This document shows positions 49,050-59,748 of a DNA stretch of 64,000 nt, piece by piece. Below the pieces are notes generated by a model. That model saw nothing but the letters and a program-made list of their open reading frames with translations. It had not been told where the DNA came from and searched no databases. The DNA is taken from the IMG/VR virus record IMGVR_UViG_3300020204_000005. One strand, 5' to 3'. The first letter of the stretch is position 1. Every line of letters starts with the position of its first letter. Source of the stretch: a virus. A program made the position numbers and the translations under genes.

Positions 49050-52000
49050 TGGCGATTAAAAAATATACTTGCCCTCCACAATCCGCAACAGGGGCGGGAA
49101 CTTTTTCAGATGACTTAGTTGGATTACAATTAGTTGCTGGAGGAGGTTTAACGCAAGGAAATTTTGAATTCGTTACGTCAACGTCTGAAAAGACTAATAG
49201 GAATTTTATTACAGGTGTTTTTTCTGACCCTATCAATTTAGAATCGATAGGTATTAATAGTATTGAACAATCTAAAACTATTTTAGAAAAAAACTTTAAA
49301 GTCTATCCAAATTTTGATTTAACCCAAGTTAATAATTTTACACTATATGGGTCAATGGTCAAAAGAATGTCGGCATCCGCAACTAAAATTATTAGTTTTT
49401 TCCCCGCAGCTATCGAATCGACCTTCATGGGTATAAATTATATTACAGGAGTAACCGCAAATAATATAGTTTATAGTGAATTAAATGACTCAACAACATT
49501 TGATTTAGATATTGCAAGATTAAGAAATCCATTCGATGTTGATTTTACCAATAACTCAACAAGAAATTTAGAACTTAAAGAAATACAAGTTTCTCCTTTA
49601 AGAGATATGAAAATACAATACGCTAAGTATTCTTTATTTTTTAATGATGGTGAATATAAAGTTATAAATATAGTACCGACAGATAGTTTAAGTAATGGTA
49701 TTTTAACATTAACTGTTAGTGGAGACCCTTTTTCAGGTGAAACTGTTGTTTTTGATAATTTAGTTATACGTCCTAATGACCTTGAAGTTAATAGTGTTTT
49801 TAAAGAAGTTTTTGATGAGGTTGAACAGTTCTTATTAAATAGGAATGTTAGCCCAAAGTATACATCAACATTTAATATACCAAGAGAAGCTGAAGATGGT
49901 AGTTATTATATTGAATCACTTAATCTTACATGGCCATTATATGGTACATGGAATATCGATATTTTAACAAAGGCTTTTGAAAGTTACATTATATCGTTAA
50001 ATGATGTTAGTGAATCTTTTGACGGATATAAAACAAATTTAATTTCTAGGTTTTTAACAACAGGTGCATTTAAAGAGTTTGATACGATAGGTCAAAAAAT
50101 GGAAAAAGTTCTACAAATTTATGGTAGAAGTTTTGACGAAACTAAAAAATATATAACCGCATTGTCATTTATGACATCGGTTAATTATAATGTTGGTAAT
50201 GATATACCATCACAATTATTAAAAAATTTAGCACAAACTTTAGGTTGGACAACTAATATGTCCCCAATTTCTAACGAAGAGTTGTTGTCATCAGTTTTTG
50301 GAAAAACAAAACAAGATAAAAGTAACTTTACAGGAATATCTCAACCACAAACACCCGATGAATTAAATTACCAATACTTTAGAAATTTAATTTTAAATTC
50401 CGCATTTTTATTTAAGTCTAAAGGAACTAGGAAATCAATTGAAATATTATTAAGACTTATTGGAGCTCCAGAAGCATTAATTGAATTTAATGAATATGTT
50501 TATTTAGCGGACCAAAAAATAAATTTATCTCAATTTAATGAACAATATATACAAATATCTGGAGGTACTTACATCGAATTTACCCCAATATTAGACCCAA
50601 CAGACATCTATTCAATTTTTGGAAATCAATACACAGGGTTTACGACAAGCGCAACTATAAAAGATGTGAATGTAAGTTTAGATGATTACCCGATGGACGA
50701 ATTCGGGTACCCATATTCACCTCCAGATACCGAAGATTACTTTTTCCAAAAAGGTAGTGGATGGTTTGAACAAACACCACAACATAGGGCACCTGAAGAA
50801 GTTAACCTAACTAATAGTGTGTTTGTGGGAAATAACCCAAATTATCAAACAATGTTATTACCGTATTCATATGGACAAGAATATTTAAATAGATTTAGAA
50901 AATTCCCATTTATGAATTTAGGGTATCAATTAACACCTACAATTGATAATAATAAAAGTTGGGTGGATAATGAAGTTGGTATTAGAACTAATCTTGATGG
51001 TAATTTTAATGCTAGATATTTTGTAGAAGATGATAGATTAGTACTAAATGTTAAGAATGTTGATTTATTTTTAAATCCTGCTCAAGGGTTGGTTTATGAT
51101 GTATGGGTAATGTCTAGAGAATTTAACTACCCAATACCAAATCAAGGATTAAATTATATCCCACCAACATACTGTGACCCTAAACCATATAGTCCGTACC
51201 CTGGAAGAGGAGGTGTTGATTGGACGGAAATTGTACCATTACCAAAAAGAAAAACATTTTTTGAATTCGCTCAAACTTTTTGGTATAATATGATTAATGT
51301 GAGAAATCGACAATATGCCACAAACGGAAAAACAGGAGGTTACCCAACACTCGATTCAATATATTGGAAGTATTTAGAATCTCAACAAACTATCAATATT
51401 CCAAACGATAATTTTACATACAAAACAATGATGGATTATGTGAATGGATTGGGGGATTATTGGATTAGGTTAGTTGAGCAAATGATACCTGCAACAACTA
51501 TTTGGAATACGGGTGTTAAATTAGAGAATTCTATATTCCATAGACAAAAATTTGTTTGGAGAAGACAAGAAGGGTGTCAATTAATACCTATACCATGTAA
51601 ACCATGTTCATTAATAAATAACATATTTACATATGACTGCCCAATCGAAAGTGTAGAATGTGCAATATATCCTTGGGTTAACAACCCACAAATTCAAACT
51701 TTAAATGCGGTTTTAGGAAATGTTTTAAATTCGTATTTAACTACTAATGGTTATACATTAAATGATTGTGATTTTAATGGTATGACAACTAAATGGTTTG
51801 TTGATATTAGAGTTGACGATACCGTGGTTGTAAGTTATCCATTCTTTAGTGGTGTTGGTTATAGTAGCCCATCATATAGTTCACCAACTGTTGACATGTG
51901 GGATGATGCGTTAAGTAACGCTTTGGATTCTTTAAAAGATTATGGATTTGATTATTATTTAACAAATGAAGATACGGTTGTTGTTTATAATCAAGTATGT

Positions 52001-52069
52001 TCAGTTTCTGAACAAGGTATCAATTTTAAATTGAATATAGGGATAAACTTTGAAATATTATGTAATTAA
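49049..52069 (+). CDS. Baseplate wedge subunit, gp7 / P2 gpI-like, extended
   Basis: The pattern LLKNLAQTLGW...FLFKSKGTRKSIEILLRLIG (KGT-x-x-SI) is characteristic of this family. Confidence 0.65.
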   Translation: MAIKKYTCPPQSATGAGTFSDDLVGLQLVAGGGLTQGNFEFVTSTSEKTNRNFITGVFSDPINLESIGINSIEQSKTILEKNFKVYPNFDLTQVNNFTLYGSMVKRMSASATKIISFFPAAIESTFMGINYITGVTANNIVYSELNDSTTFDLDIARLRNPFDVDFTNNSTRNLELKEIQVSPLRDMKIQYAKYSLFFNDGEYKVINIVPTDSLSNGILTLTVSGDPFSGETVVFDNLVIRPNDLEVNSVFKEVFDEVEQFLLNRNVSPKYTSTFNIPREAEDGSYYIESLNLTWPLYGTWNIDILTKAFESYIISLNDVSESFDGYKTNLISRFLTTGAFKEFDTIGQKMEKVLQIYGRSFDETKKYITALSFMTSVNYNVGNDIPSQLLKNLAQTLGWTTNMSPISNEELLSSVFGKTKQDKSNFTGISQPQTPDELNYQYFRNLILNSAFLFKSKGTRKSIEILLRLIGAPEALIEFNEYVYLADQKINLSQFNEQYIQISGGTYIEFTPILDPTDIYSIFGNQYTGFTTSATIKDVNVSLDDYPMDEFGYPYSPPDTEDYFFQKGSGWFEQTPQHRAPEEVNLTNSVFVGNNPNYQTMLLPYSYGQEYLNRFRKFPFMNLGYQLTPTIDNNKSWVDNEVGIRTNLDGNFNARYFVEDDRLVLNVKNVDLFLNPAQGLVYDVWVMSREFNYPIPNQGLNYIPPTYCDPKPYSPYPGRGGVDWTEIVPLPKRKTFFEFAQTFWYNMINVRNRQYATNGKTGGYPTLDSIYWKYLESQQTINIPNDNFTYKTMMDYVNGLGDYWIRLVEQMIPATTIWNTGVKLENSIFHRQKFVWRRQEGCQLIPIPCKPCSLINNIFTYDCPIESVECAIYPWVNNPQIQTLNAVLGNVLNSYLTTNGYTLNDCDFNGMTTKWFVDIRVDDTVVVSYPFFSGVGYSSPSYSSPTVDMWDDALSNALDSLKDYGFDYYLTNEDTVVVYNQVCSVSEQGINFKLNIGINFEILCN

Positions 52070-54996
52070 TGTGTGATTTAAATGTATCTATTGCGGGTAT
52101 AACAGGTGATTGTTTTAATACTGATTCAGGTGCTTTTACAATATCTATTAACGGTACGGCACCTGACTATACAGTTGATTGGATAAACCCTCCTTATGGA
52201 ACAATTCCATTAGGACCTGGAGTTGTTGGATACACTATAGATAATTTATCTGCAGGTACCTATACATTTGACATAATAGACAGTTGTTTACCCGATAATA
52301 ATTACCAAACAATTAATGTTAATGTTTCATCAGGGACTTGTGTGAGTTTAACAGGTGTTGAGAACACAAGTTGTGGTTTAAATAATGGTAGTTTAACCGC
52401 AACAACAACAACACAGTATAACACCGCAAAATTCTATCTTTATGATACGACTATTGGATATATAACATCCGCAACATCATTAAATAATTTTTATGTGTTT
52501 GACAATTTAGGTGCAGGAACATATTATGTTGTTGGAGATGACGGGGGCGGTTGTACAGGTAAATCAGAAACTTGTATAATAATGAATTCAAATGAACTTA
52601 GTGTTGGTTTATTCATAGTTAACGCTTCATCTTGTGCGCCAAATACAGGAGCTATTTATGTTACAGGAGTTACAGGTACACCACCATATACTTATTCATG
52701 GAGCCCTGGAGGGCAAACTACCAATTCAATAACAGGACTAACAGTAGGTAATTACATTTTAACTGTTACAGACTCTGAAGGATGTATACAAAGTTCGGGA
52801 ATTACAATTACCGCAAAACCACCTGTTGGTTTGGTCGATATTTCATTTGTTAACCCTACTTGTTTTGCTTCTGATGGTGAAGTTAGTTTAATAGTTTCAG
52901 GAGGAACCGCACCATTCCAATATGTAGGGTCGAATGGACACATTGATACTACATTTAGTAACACTAATACATTTTATAATATTCCTGCGGGACCATTTAC
53001 AGTAGTAGTTAAAGATGCGGGTAATTGTAGTTTTACTGCAACGACTACATTGTTAACACCTGGAGGGTTAAATGTCACATCAGTTAATGTAACCAATTCA
53101 ACATGCAGTGGGAATGGAGGTAAAATTGATGTTAATATTTTTGGAGGTTCGCCACCATATACATATACTTTAACGGACTCATTAAGTAATAATACAGTGG
53201 TAAACGGGAATTTTACTAGTTGGTCTTTTAATGGTCTTTCTTCAGGTAGTTATATTTTAACAATTTCAGATTCAGGACCTTGCGATTTTGTGGGTACATA
53301 TATAGTTAATAATAATGAATTATTTGAATTAACAGTTGAAACAACAGGTACGACATGTAATCAAGAAGATGGTTCGGTATTACTATCAATTACCCCAGGA
53401 GGTACCCCACCATTCCACTATGAAATTGATGGTTATTCAGACTTCTCAAATAATTTAGAATTTTTATATGAAAATCTACCAAGTGGTAACTATGTTGCAA
53501 CAGTTACCGATGCTAATTATTGCCAACAAGAATTACCATTTACAATTGTAGGCTCAAGTACCGTAGATTTTCTTTTAATTGGTACTGATTCATTAAATGG
53601 TAGTAATGGAACCATAAGCGCATTAATTACAAATGGTACACCACCATTTACATTAACTTGGAGTCCAAATGTTAACGGTCAAACGGGTACTGAAATCGAC
53701 ACTCTTAGTGCTGGAACATATACTTTAACTGTTGTTGATAATAATGGATGTAGTAAAACAAGAACAATTACAATAAATGGGTTTAATAAATTATCTTCAT
53801 ATCAAGTTTATAATATTTGTGATGAAGACTTTTTTAACACAGGTCAAACAGGTAGGAAAGGACCTCAAGAAATGTTAACTGAAGGATTCCATGATTTAAC
53901 AAGTGGAGACACTAACTGTATTTTAAATAGAGCTATTTTCACAGTAAAAACAATTATTAATGGGGATTTAAAAGAACAATCATTTTATACAGGGGCAACA
54001 CTATCAGATTTCCCATCAGATAATGAATTTTATGATGTTGTGGAAAGTTTACTTTTAACTTATAATATCATTGGTGAAATTGTGATTGACGCGGTTAAAA
54101 ATACATTAACAATTGAAAGCGTATGTGACGTAACAATCGAAACTTTAGACGCAACTGTTAAAGTTGAGTTGGACATATCTTATGATATTAGTTGTGAAAC
54201 TTGTGAAACTCAAACACCAACACCAACACCTACAGCAACGCCTACACCTACTCCGACGCCAACAATATCAGTCTCAGCATGTACTGTAATTTACGTTGTT
54301 GAAAATAATGATATATACGCATATGACCTATCATCAAATGTTAGTACATTGTTACCGGTCCCGTCAAACGTTAGTAACGTTGATATTGCACACACGGATA
54401 GTAAATTATGGGTAAACAATAATTTTATGGTAAGGGAATGGGATATAACATTAAGCCCATTTAGTGCAACATTCAATAGAGATATAACATTCCCATTTAC
54501 AGTAGGTAATGGTTTAGGGGTCATCGATAATCAAACACTTATAACAACAAATGAATCATCCCCTCAATCAGTTTATGAGATGGATATTACAACCACAACT
54601 GCGGTTGATACATTTAAATTTAACTTACCACCAACACATTTAGTTGCCGGAGATATAATGTTAACAACAACCAATAAACTTTTAGTTACCACCGCGGAAA
54701 GTCCAAACATATATCTATTACAATATGATTATTTAACGGGTGTTTTAGAGTTAACAATAACTCTAAACCCAACTGTTGGTGGTGGTCCTTGGGGTATCTT
54801 CGAGGAATTTGGTAATATTTATATCACCGATTCATTGGGGCGTATCTATAATGTGGATACGTCAAGTCCGTATAACATTACTTTAATTAACTCCACAGGT
54901 AACTTAATATATGGAGCATCTCAATCACCAGTATGTTTAACGACTGATTTTACAACTCCAACCCCAACCCCAAGTATTACTCCTACCTTAACTTAA
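52069..54996 (+). CDS. SprB-repeat fibre/adhesin-like protein with a PT linker and a C-terminal beta-propeller-like domain
   Basis: About six units of the type C..G.I....(G)GT(A/P)P(Y/F).Y.W...G.Y.(L/V).V.D..GC, a TPTPTPTATPTPTPTPT linker, and a repetitive beta-rich C-terminal domain. Confidence 0.75.
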   Translation: MCDLNVSIAGITGDCFNTDSGAFTISINGTAPDYTVDWINPPYGTIPLGPGVVGYTIDNLSAGTYTFDIIDSCLPDNNYQTINVNVSSGTCVSLTGVENTSCGLNNGSLTATTTTQYNTAKFYLYDTTIGYITSATSLNNFYVFDNLGAGTYYVVGDDGGGCTGKSETCIIMNSNELSVGLFIVNASSCAPNTGAIYVTGVTGTPPYTYSWSPGGQTTNSITGLTVGNYILTVTDSEGCIQSSGITITAKPPVGLVDISFVNPTCFASDGEVSLIVSGGTAPFQYVGSNGHIDTTFSNTNTFYNIPAGPFTVVVKDAGNCSFTATTTLLTPGGLNVTSVNVTNSTCSGNGGKIDVNIFGGSPPYTYTLTDSLSNNTVVNGNFTSWSFNGLSSGSYILTISDSGPCDFVGTYIVNNNELFELTVETTGTTCNQEDGSVLLSITPGGTPPFHYEIDGYSDFSNNLEFLYENLPSGNYVATVTDANYCQQELPFTIVGSSTVDFLLIGTDSLNGSNGTISALITNGTPPFTLTWSPNVNGQTGTEIDTLSAGTYTLTVVDNNGCSKTRTITINGFNKLSSYQVYNICDEDFFNTGQTGRKGPQEMLTEGFHDLTSGDTNCILNRAIFTVKTIINGDLKEQSFYTGATLSDFPSDNEFYDVVESLLLTYNIIGEIVIDAVKNTLTIESVCDVTIETLDATVKVELDISYDISCETCETQTPTPTPTATPTPTPTPTISVSACTVIYVVENNDIYAYDLSSNVSTLLPVPSNVSNVDIAHTDSKLWVNNNFMVREWDITLSPFSATFNRDITFPFTVGNGLGVIDNQTLITTNESSPQSVYEMDITTTTAVDTFKFNLPPTHLVAGDIMLTTTNKLLVTTAESPNIYLLQYDYLTGVLELTITLNPTVGGGPWGIFEEFGNIYITDSLGRIYNVDTSSPYNITLINSTGNLIYGASQSPVCLTTDFTTPTPTPSITPTLT

Positions 54997-55070
54997 ATGT
55001 ATGGTGTTTCGGTAATCAAATATTAATCAGTAATACTACTAAATTTTTAGAATTAACTAATAGTTAAAAA

Positions 55071-55098
55071 AAAATATCGTCTAAAAAGACGATATTTT
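55071..55098. terminator. Bidirectional terminator between convergent operons
   Basis: Perfect 12-bp stem AAAATATCGTCT-AAAA-AGACGATATTTT with A/T tracts on both sides. Confidence 0.8.
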
Positions 55099-55122
55099 AA
55101 ATAATCGGTATTTTGAACGATA

Positions 55123-55734
55123 TTACCAAATTTTTTCCTGATTCATATAACCTAATACACAACAGTACGCATCGGTCATATCAAAATTCTCTTTTTTTAA
55201 CGTATTATTTTTAGTATAGACCCAAGTAATTTGAGGTTCTCGTTCTGCAACCAAATCCCATATAATTTGTTTTTTGTCACAATCTTTTGGGTACCCACCG
55301 AACAGTACAAATTTACCTTTATCATTTTGTTGAATTAAATTAGGAAAGGCAGATTTTCTAGAATTATAAGTCGAGACGTACTCAGGAATAATACCCAAAA
55401 TATCGTATATTTCTTTAGTTATTAGGGTATTAAACCTCATTAAAGTCTGAATGGTATAAACATTATTACTATTCATTAAAGGTTCCTCAATCACAACTTT
55501 AGTTATACCTAAATTTTTATATTGAAGTAATTTACTTCTAAAAATTTCACTTTTTAGAATTAATTCTTTAATTTTATTATCTTGTTTAGGTTTAGGTATA
55601 GGTGATACATGGGTTAATTCCAACAACTCTCTTGACTCGATGTCAAATAATGCCCAACCAATGGTTTTGGTCGACACGTCTAACCCCAATACTTTTGGAG
55701 TATTCTCGATAGATTTTTTCATATTAAATGTCAA
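55123..55734 (-). CDS. ruvC: RuvC-like Holliday junction resolvase
   Basis: VLGLDVSTKTIGWA (catalytic D), VVIEEP (catalytic E) and DMTDAY (two catalytic D). Confidence 0.82.
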   Translation of the reverse strand: MTFNMKKSIENTPKVLGLDVSTKTIGWALFDIESRELLELTHVSPIPKPKQDNKIKELILKSEIFRSKLLQYKNLGITKVVIEEPLMNSNNVYTIQTLMRFNTLITKEIYDILGIIPEYVSTYNSRKSAFPNLIQQNDKGKFVLFGGYPKDCDKKQIIWDLVAEREPQITWVYTKNNTLKKENFDMTDAYCCVLGYMNQEKIW

Positions 55735-58252
55735 ATTTAATCAAAAACTGCTGAATACCTTGTCTTAAAACAGGGGACTGCATTTTTGATATAATCATAA
55801 GATTTTTGTTAGAATCGTAAAGTCCAATTTCAGTTAAATACGAAGGTTTACCTTGTACCCATGTTGGATTTGATGTTGCTTGAAATTCAGCCTGACTCAA
55901 ATTTATCTTATATCTCATCTCATAAATTGTTGCTTGAATGTCAGTTTCTAATGAACCGTAGAAATAATATTCATCACCAAAATTTAATGATGTACCTGTA
56001 TAACCAACGGGTGTTAATGGTATATAATTATTTAAGTTGTATGTTGGAGCGTCCTCATATAATTCATTTGTAATTACAAATGTCGTACTTGTTAACGATT
56101 CTTCAGTGATATAACCATTAACCATCATACTTGAGATTTGGTCTGTAAAATCAATTATCTTCCACTCAGAAGAGTTTGGTCTTCCTGTACCATCTACTTT
56201 TTGACAAATAATTTCAAATTTATCGGCGTAGAATCCTGATACAACATCACATCCCACAGGACAAGTTGTTGTTGTCGTAGTAAATGGGTCAAAAGTAGTC
56301 GTTGTCGTAGTAAATGGGTCAAACGTGGTAGTGGTTGTTGTTGGACTATATTCAGGTCTCAAACAAGGGAACTCAGCACCAAATCTAACCGCCACATTTT
56401 GAGATGGTTGTGGGTTACAATCAATATTAGGGCCTTGCATTACTGTGTAATAGTTACAATGTAATGAGTTTGTAAATACTGAAGTATTACTTAGTCTATA
56501 AGTAACGTGCATATATTGTGTATTACCCGTTAAAACACCTGTTAAAGAATTACTATCATTACCACAAGTATTAGGTGTGACTAATGAAGTCTTAGGAGCG
56601 GGTAACGTCCAATTCCTATTTGATTTATAAGACATTGCCGCGATAACTTCCTCATCGTCAATAATGACAAGTTTAGAATCAGGAAATACTTTACCAATTC
56701 TATTAGGTAAGTTATTTGTATTTCTATGAGTATCCCATAAATGATAGTATCTAATACCTGGGGAATTCATATCACTATTTTTAGTTGATTGTAAGTACTC
56801 AACTTTAAATAAATCTAAATCCTCAAATTCAGGTGGGTCAACCCAAAAAGTTTCACCAAAACAACATTCAGGATTTTTATGCCACATCAACCAAGGAATG
56901 TGTAATTTAAAGTTTCTTGCTTGACCCGTAGTATCTGAAGGGTTTGACACATCAAACGGCTCAAACGCAAATTTTTCACCATAGAAGAAATCTATAGTTT
57001 GATTTGTATAATGAATAACCGCAATTGCTTTTTGTTCTTCAGGAGTTACGATTACTTTATCACCTAATGAATCATAATGGTACACTGAACTAGTGTTAGT
57101 TTGACCACTACTTGAAGCATAACCAAAGTATTCTTTAGTACCAAGATATTGTCTTGAACCAAAGTTGGTATAATCTTTACTAATCGATGAGAAAAGACCT
57201 GCAGGGTTTTCAGACCAAGGAATATTCATATTCCAAACTTTAACATCAAACTCATCAGTATAACAAACAGATTCATAGTTAATAACATTATCCCTCCAAT
57301 GAGGACGAGGAGTTATCGAATCATACATGGTTTGCATATTTGGTGGATATACAATCATTCTTGCATAACAATCAGAAGATAAATTTGAAAAATCAGGTGT
57401 TGGTCTATCTAATGTAAATTCACCCAAACATATTGATGTTATTTTATAAGTTAACATTGAATAACAACTACTAATAGGTGTTAAACAATCTGGCGGTGGT
57501 GGTGGGGGACAAGCTCTACTTGGGGTAGGTGTTGGACAGAATGTTGCAGATGGAGTTGGGGTAGGTGTAGGTGTCTCACAAGTAAATGACGCTGATGGGG
57601 TAGGTGATGGTGTTGGAGTTAGAGTATTATTACTTGCAGTTATACTTGGAGTAACCGTCATTGTTGGAGTTGGAGATGGTGTTGGGACATTTGAACATGT
57701 ATTATTATATAAACCATTACCATCATAAAATATCGTAACAATGTCACCTACCGCAGGTTCTCTGAATGAAACACCATTAGAAACTAAAATTGGTGTTATA
57801 ACATTGGTACCGTTTAAACTATTCATTCTTACTGAATAGTTTGCGTTGATAGCATATAAATCGTTAGTTATTGCACTCCATGAAGTAGTTTCGGCAGTTG
57901 TATTACCTGTGAAGAAACCTCTCATGGCGGCTCTGTTATAAACAGGACTAACTATTGAATCCATAAAAGGAACACCATATGTGTTGCCTGTAGAACCATC
58001 TACATAATATGGGTATTTAATATTTTCTTTATTTGATTGAGGAGACCCGCTAGAATTTTGAGCATTGAAGTTTGGCTCAAGAATCGTGGTATCAAATTGA
58101 TTATAGGACACTGGTAATGTGTTATACGAAACTTCACTATCACCTATTTGAAAATAAGAAATATTAAAATTACCTTGTGATAATTTTTGTCTTCCTGTAT
58201 CAGTTAATCTTGTATTAATTAACCCCGATGTATTTTTAATAATGTATCCCAT
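55724..58252 (-). CDS. Tail collar / fibre-attachment-type structural protein with PT and poly-Thr repeats
   Basis: N-terminal RLTDTGRQKLSQGNFNISYFQIGDSE and C-terminal LTEIGLYDSNKNLMIISKMQSPV (collar-like). Several PT and T-rich tracts lie between them. Confidence 0.6.
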   Translation of the reverse strand: MGYIIKNTSGLINTRLTDTGRQKLSQGNFNISYFQIGDSEVSYNTLPVSYNQFDTTILEPNFNAQNSSGSPQSNKENIKYPYYVDGSTGNTYGVPFMDSIVSPVYNRAAMRGFFTGNTTAETTSWSAITNDLYAINANYSVRMNSLNGTNVITPILVSNGVSFREPAVGDIVTIFYDGNGLYNNTCSNVPTPSPTPTMTVTPSITASNNTLTPTPSPTPSASFTCETPTPTPTPSATFCPTPTPSRACPPPPPPDCLTPISSCYSMLTYKITSICLGEFTLDRPTPDFSNLSSDCYARMIVYPPNMQTMYDSITPRPHWRDNVINYESVCYTDEFDVKVWNMNIPWSENPAGLFSSISKDYTNFGSRQYLGTKEYFGYASSSGQTNTSSVYHYDSLGDKVIVTPEEQKAIAVIHYTNQTIDFFYGEKFAFEPFDVSNPSDTTGQARNFKLHIPWLMWHKNPECCFGETFWVDPPEFEDLDLFKVEYLQSTKNSDMNSPGIRYYHLWDTHRNTNNLPNRIGKVFPDSKLVIIDDEEVIAAMSYKSNRNWTLPAPKTSLVTPNTCGNDSNSLTGVLTGNTQYMHVTYRLSNTSVFTNSLHCNYYTVMQGPNIDCNPQPSQNVAVRFGAEFPCLRPEYSPTTTTTTFDPFTTTTTTFDPFTTTTTTCPVGCDVVSGFYADKFEIICQKVDGTGRPNSSEWKIIDFTDQISSMMVNGYITEESLTSTTFVITNELYEDAPTYNLNNYIPLTPVGYTGTSLNFGDEYYFYGSLETDIQATIYEMRYKINLSQAEFQATSNPTWVQGKPSYLTEIGLYDSNKNLMIISKMQSPVLRQGIQQFLIKFDI
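56271..56330 (-). repeat. 30-bp tandem duplication encoding (TTTFDPFTTT)x2
   Basis: GTTGTCGTAGTAAATGGGTCAAA (23 nt) is identical at 56271 and 56301. Confidence 0.9.
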
Positions 58253-58278
58253 TGATTATAAATATTCTTATTTAATTT

Positions 58279-59709
58279 TTATGACGTTATAATTGAACAA
58301 CAACCACAACCGTAAATTTTTAAGTTTGATAAATTATATGTTTCATCACTTGTACCAACATAACAATTAACAAATTCATTTCTATTTACACTTGTTATTG
58401 TTCTAATTTTAAAATCACTTGTGTTATCTATAGTAATTGAATCCCACACTTCATTTAATGAAGTTAACCAAACATTTTCCGATTGACAACCTGCAACTGT
58501 ATTAATAATACTATCATCGTTTGTTGAAGATGAGGACGGTGGAATTATATTGATACCATCAATAGTTAATGAGGTCTTGGTATTAAAAGTGGCGGAATCT
58601 TCATTAGGTGAAGATTTAGATAAGTTTAAATGACTCAATTTAAAGTTAATACTTGTACCATCAGGTAAATCAGGTGTTATTGATAATGTTGTCGTGTACT
58701 CTTTAGTTAATAATGTACTATTTGCTTGTAGTGTTTTAGGTAGGGTAACTAATTTAACGTTATAAGTGGTTGGAGGTGATGGAGGATTTAACGTTATATT
58801 ATTACTAACAGTAAATCCTTCAGAATCACTAACAACAACATTGTAGGAACCTGAACATAAATTACTGAACATTGGTATATTTCTATATGTCAAACCACCA
58901 TTAATCGAATATGAATATGGAGGGTAACCACCACTTGATTTAATTGTTAAACCACCATCACATCCACATATTGTTTGGTTTTTAGTAATTAAAACATTCA
59001 TAGGTTGGACCGAATCTTCTGATTCTGCCGAGAATCTACCATTTGGAATCCTTACTATTTGATTACAGTTACCTTCATAAACTATTACAGTACCTGTAGC
59101 GCCAATAATAAACCAACTACCATAAATTGGTGGGTAAGTAGGATTTGAATTAAATATTGTATAAGTTGTTGGAGTTGAAGCCGATAACTTCCATTGTAAA
59201 AGAGTTGAGTCCCAATATATTACTTGTGTTGAGTCATTAGAAATCCAAGAAGGTTTAGAATTAAATAAACCGTTAGGTGAAAAATTAGTTTGAGTTTCTA
59301 CATAAGAACCTTGTTTAAGTATATTTGTTGTCATACAAAGTTGATACTCAATATAAGGAGTTGTAGGTGTTGGGGTCGGTGTGGGGGAAGGTGTTGGTGT
59401 TGAACCTGTTAAAATACATTTTGTATTTGCGGTAAAATCGCCATAAGAATCAATAACTGTTGCTTCATAAACACCTGCAGTTAAATTGTATATAACGGGT
59501 GAAATGTTACCGTTATTCCAGCTTATATAATATGGAGGAGTTCCTCCCGTTATTGTTAAATAAATCGAACCATCGGATGATGATGGAGAAGGATGAGTAA
59601 GATTACACTCAACACCCATAGGGAATAAAGTGATTGGTTCACATTCATTTGTGAACTCAGGTATTATTGGTTTAGGTGTAGGAGTTGGTCCTAAAAAAGG
59701 ATAAGTCAT
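58279..59709 (-). CDS. Second SprB-repeat, PT-linker fibre-like protein
   Basis: TGGTPPYYISW...AGVYEATVIDSYG and SGGYPPYSYSINGG...SGSYNVVVSDSEG, plus PTPTPKP and TPTPSPTPTPTPTTP tracts. Confidence 0.7.
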   Translation of the reverse strand: MTYPFLGPTPTPKPIIPEFTNECEPITLFPMGVECNLTHPSPSSSDGSIYLTITGGTPPYYISWNNGNISPVIYNLTAGVYEATVIDSYGDFTANTKCILTGSTPTPSPTPTPTPTTPYIEYQLCMTTNILKQGSYVETQTNFSPNGLFNSKPSWISNDSTQVIYWDSTLLQWKLSASTPTTYTIFNSNPTYPPIYGSWFIIGATGTVIVYEGNCNQIVRIPNGRFSAESEDSVQPMNVLITKNQTICGCDGGLTIKSSGGYPPYSYSINGGLTYRNIPMFSNLCSGSYNVVVSDSEGFTVSNNITLNPPSPPTTYNVKLVTLPKTLQANSTLLTKEYTTTLSITPDLPDGTSINFKLSHLNLSKSSPNEDSATFNTKTSLTIDGINIIPPSSSSTNDDSIINTVAGCQSENVWLTSLNEVWDSITIDNTSDFKIRTITSVNRNEFVNCYVGTSDETYNLSNLKIYGCGCCSIITS

Positions 59710-59748
59710 GAACTTAAATATTTTCTTTTAGTTTTTTAATAAATACAT

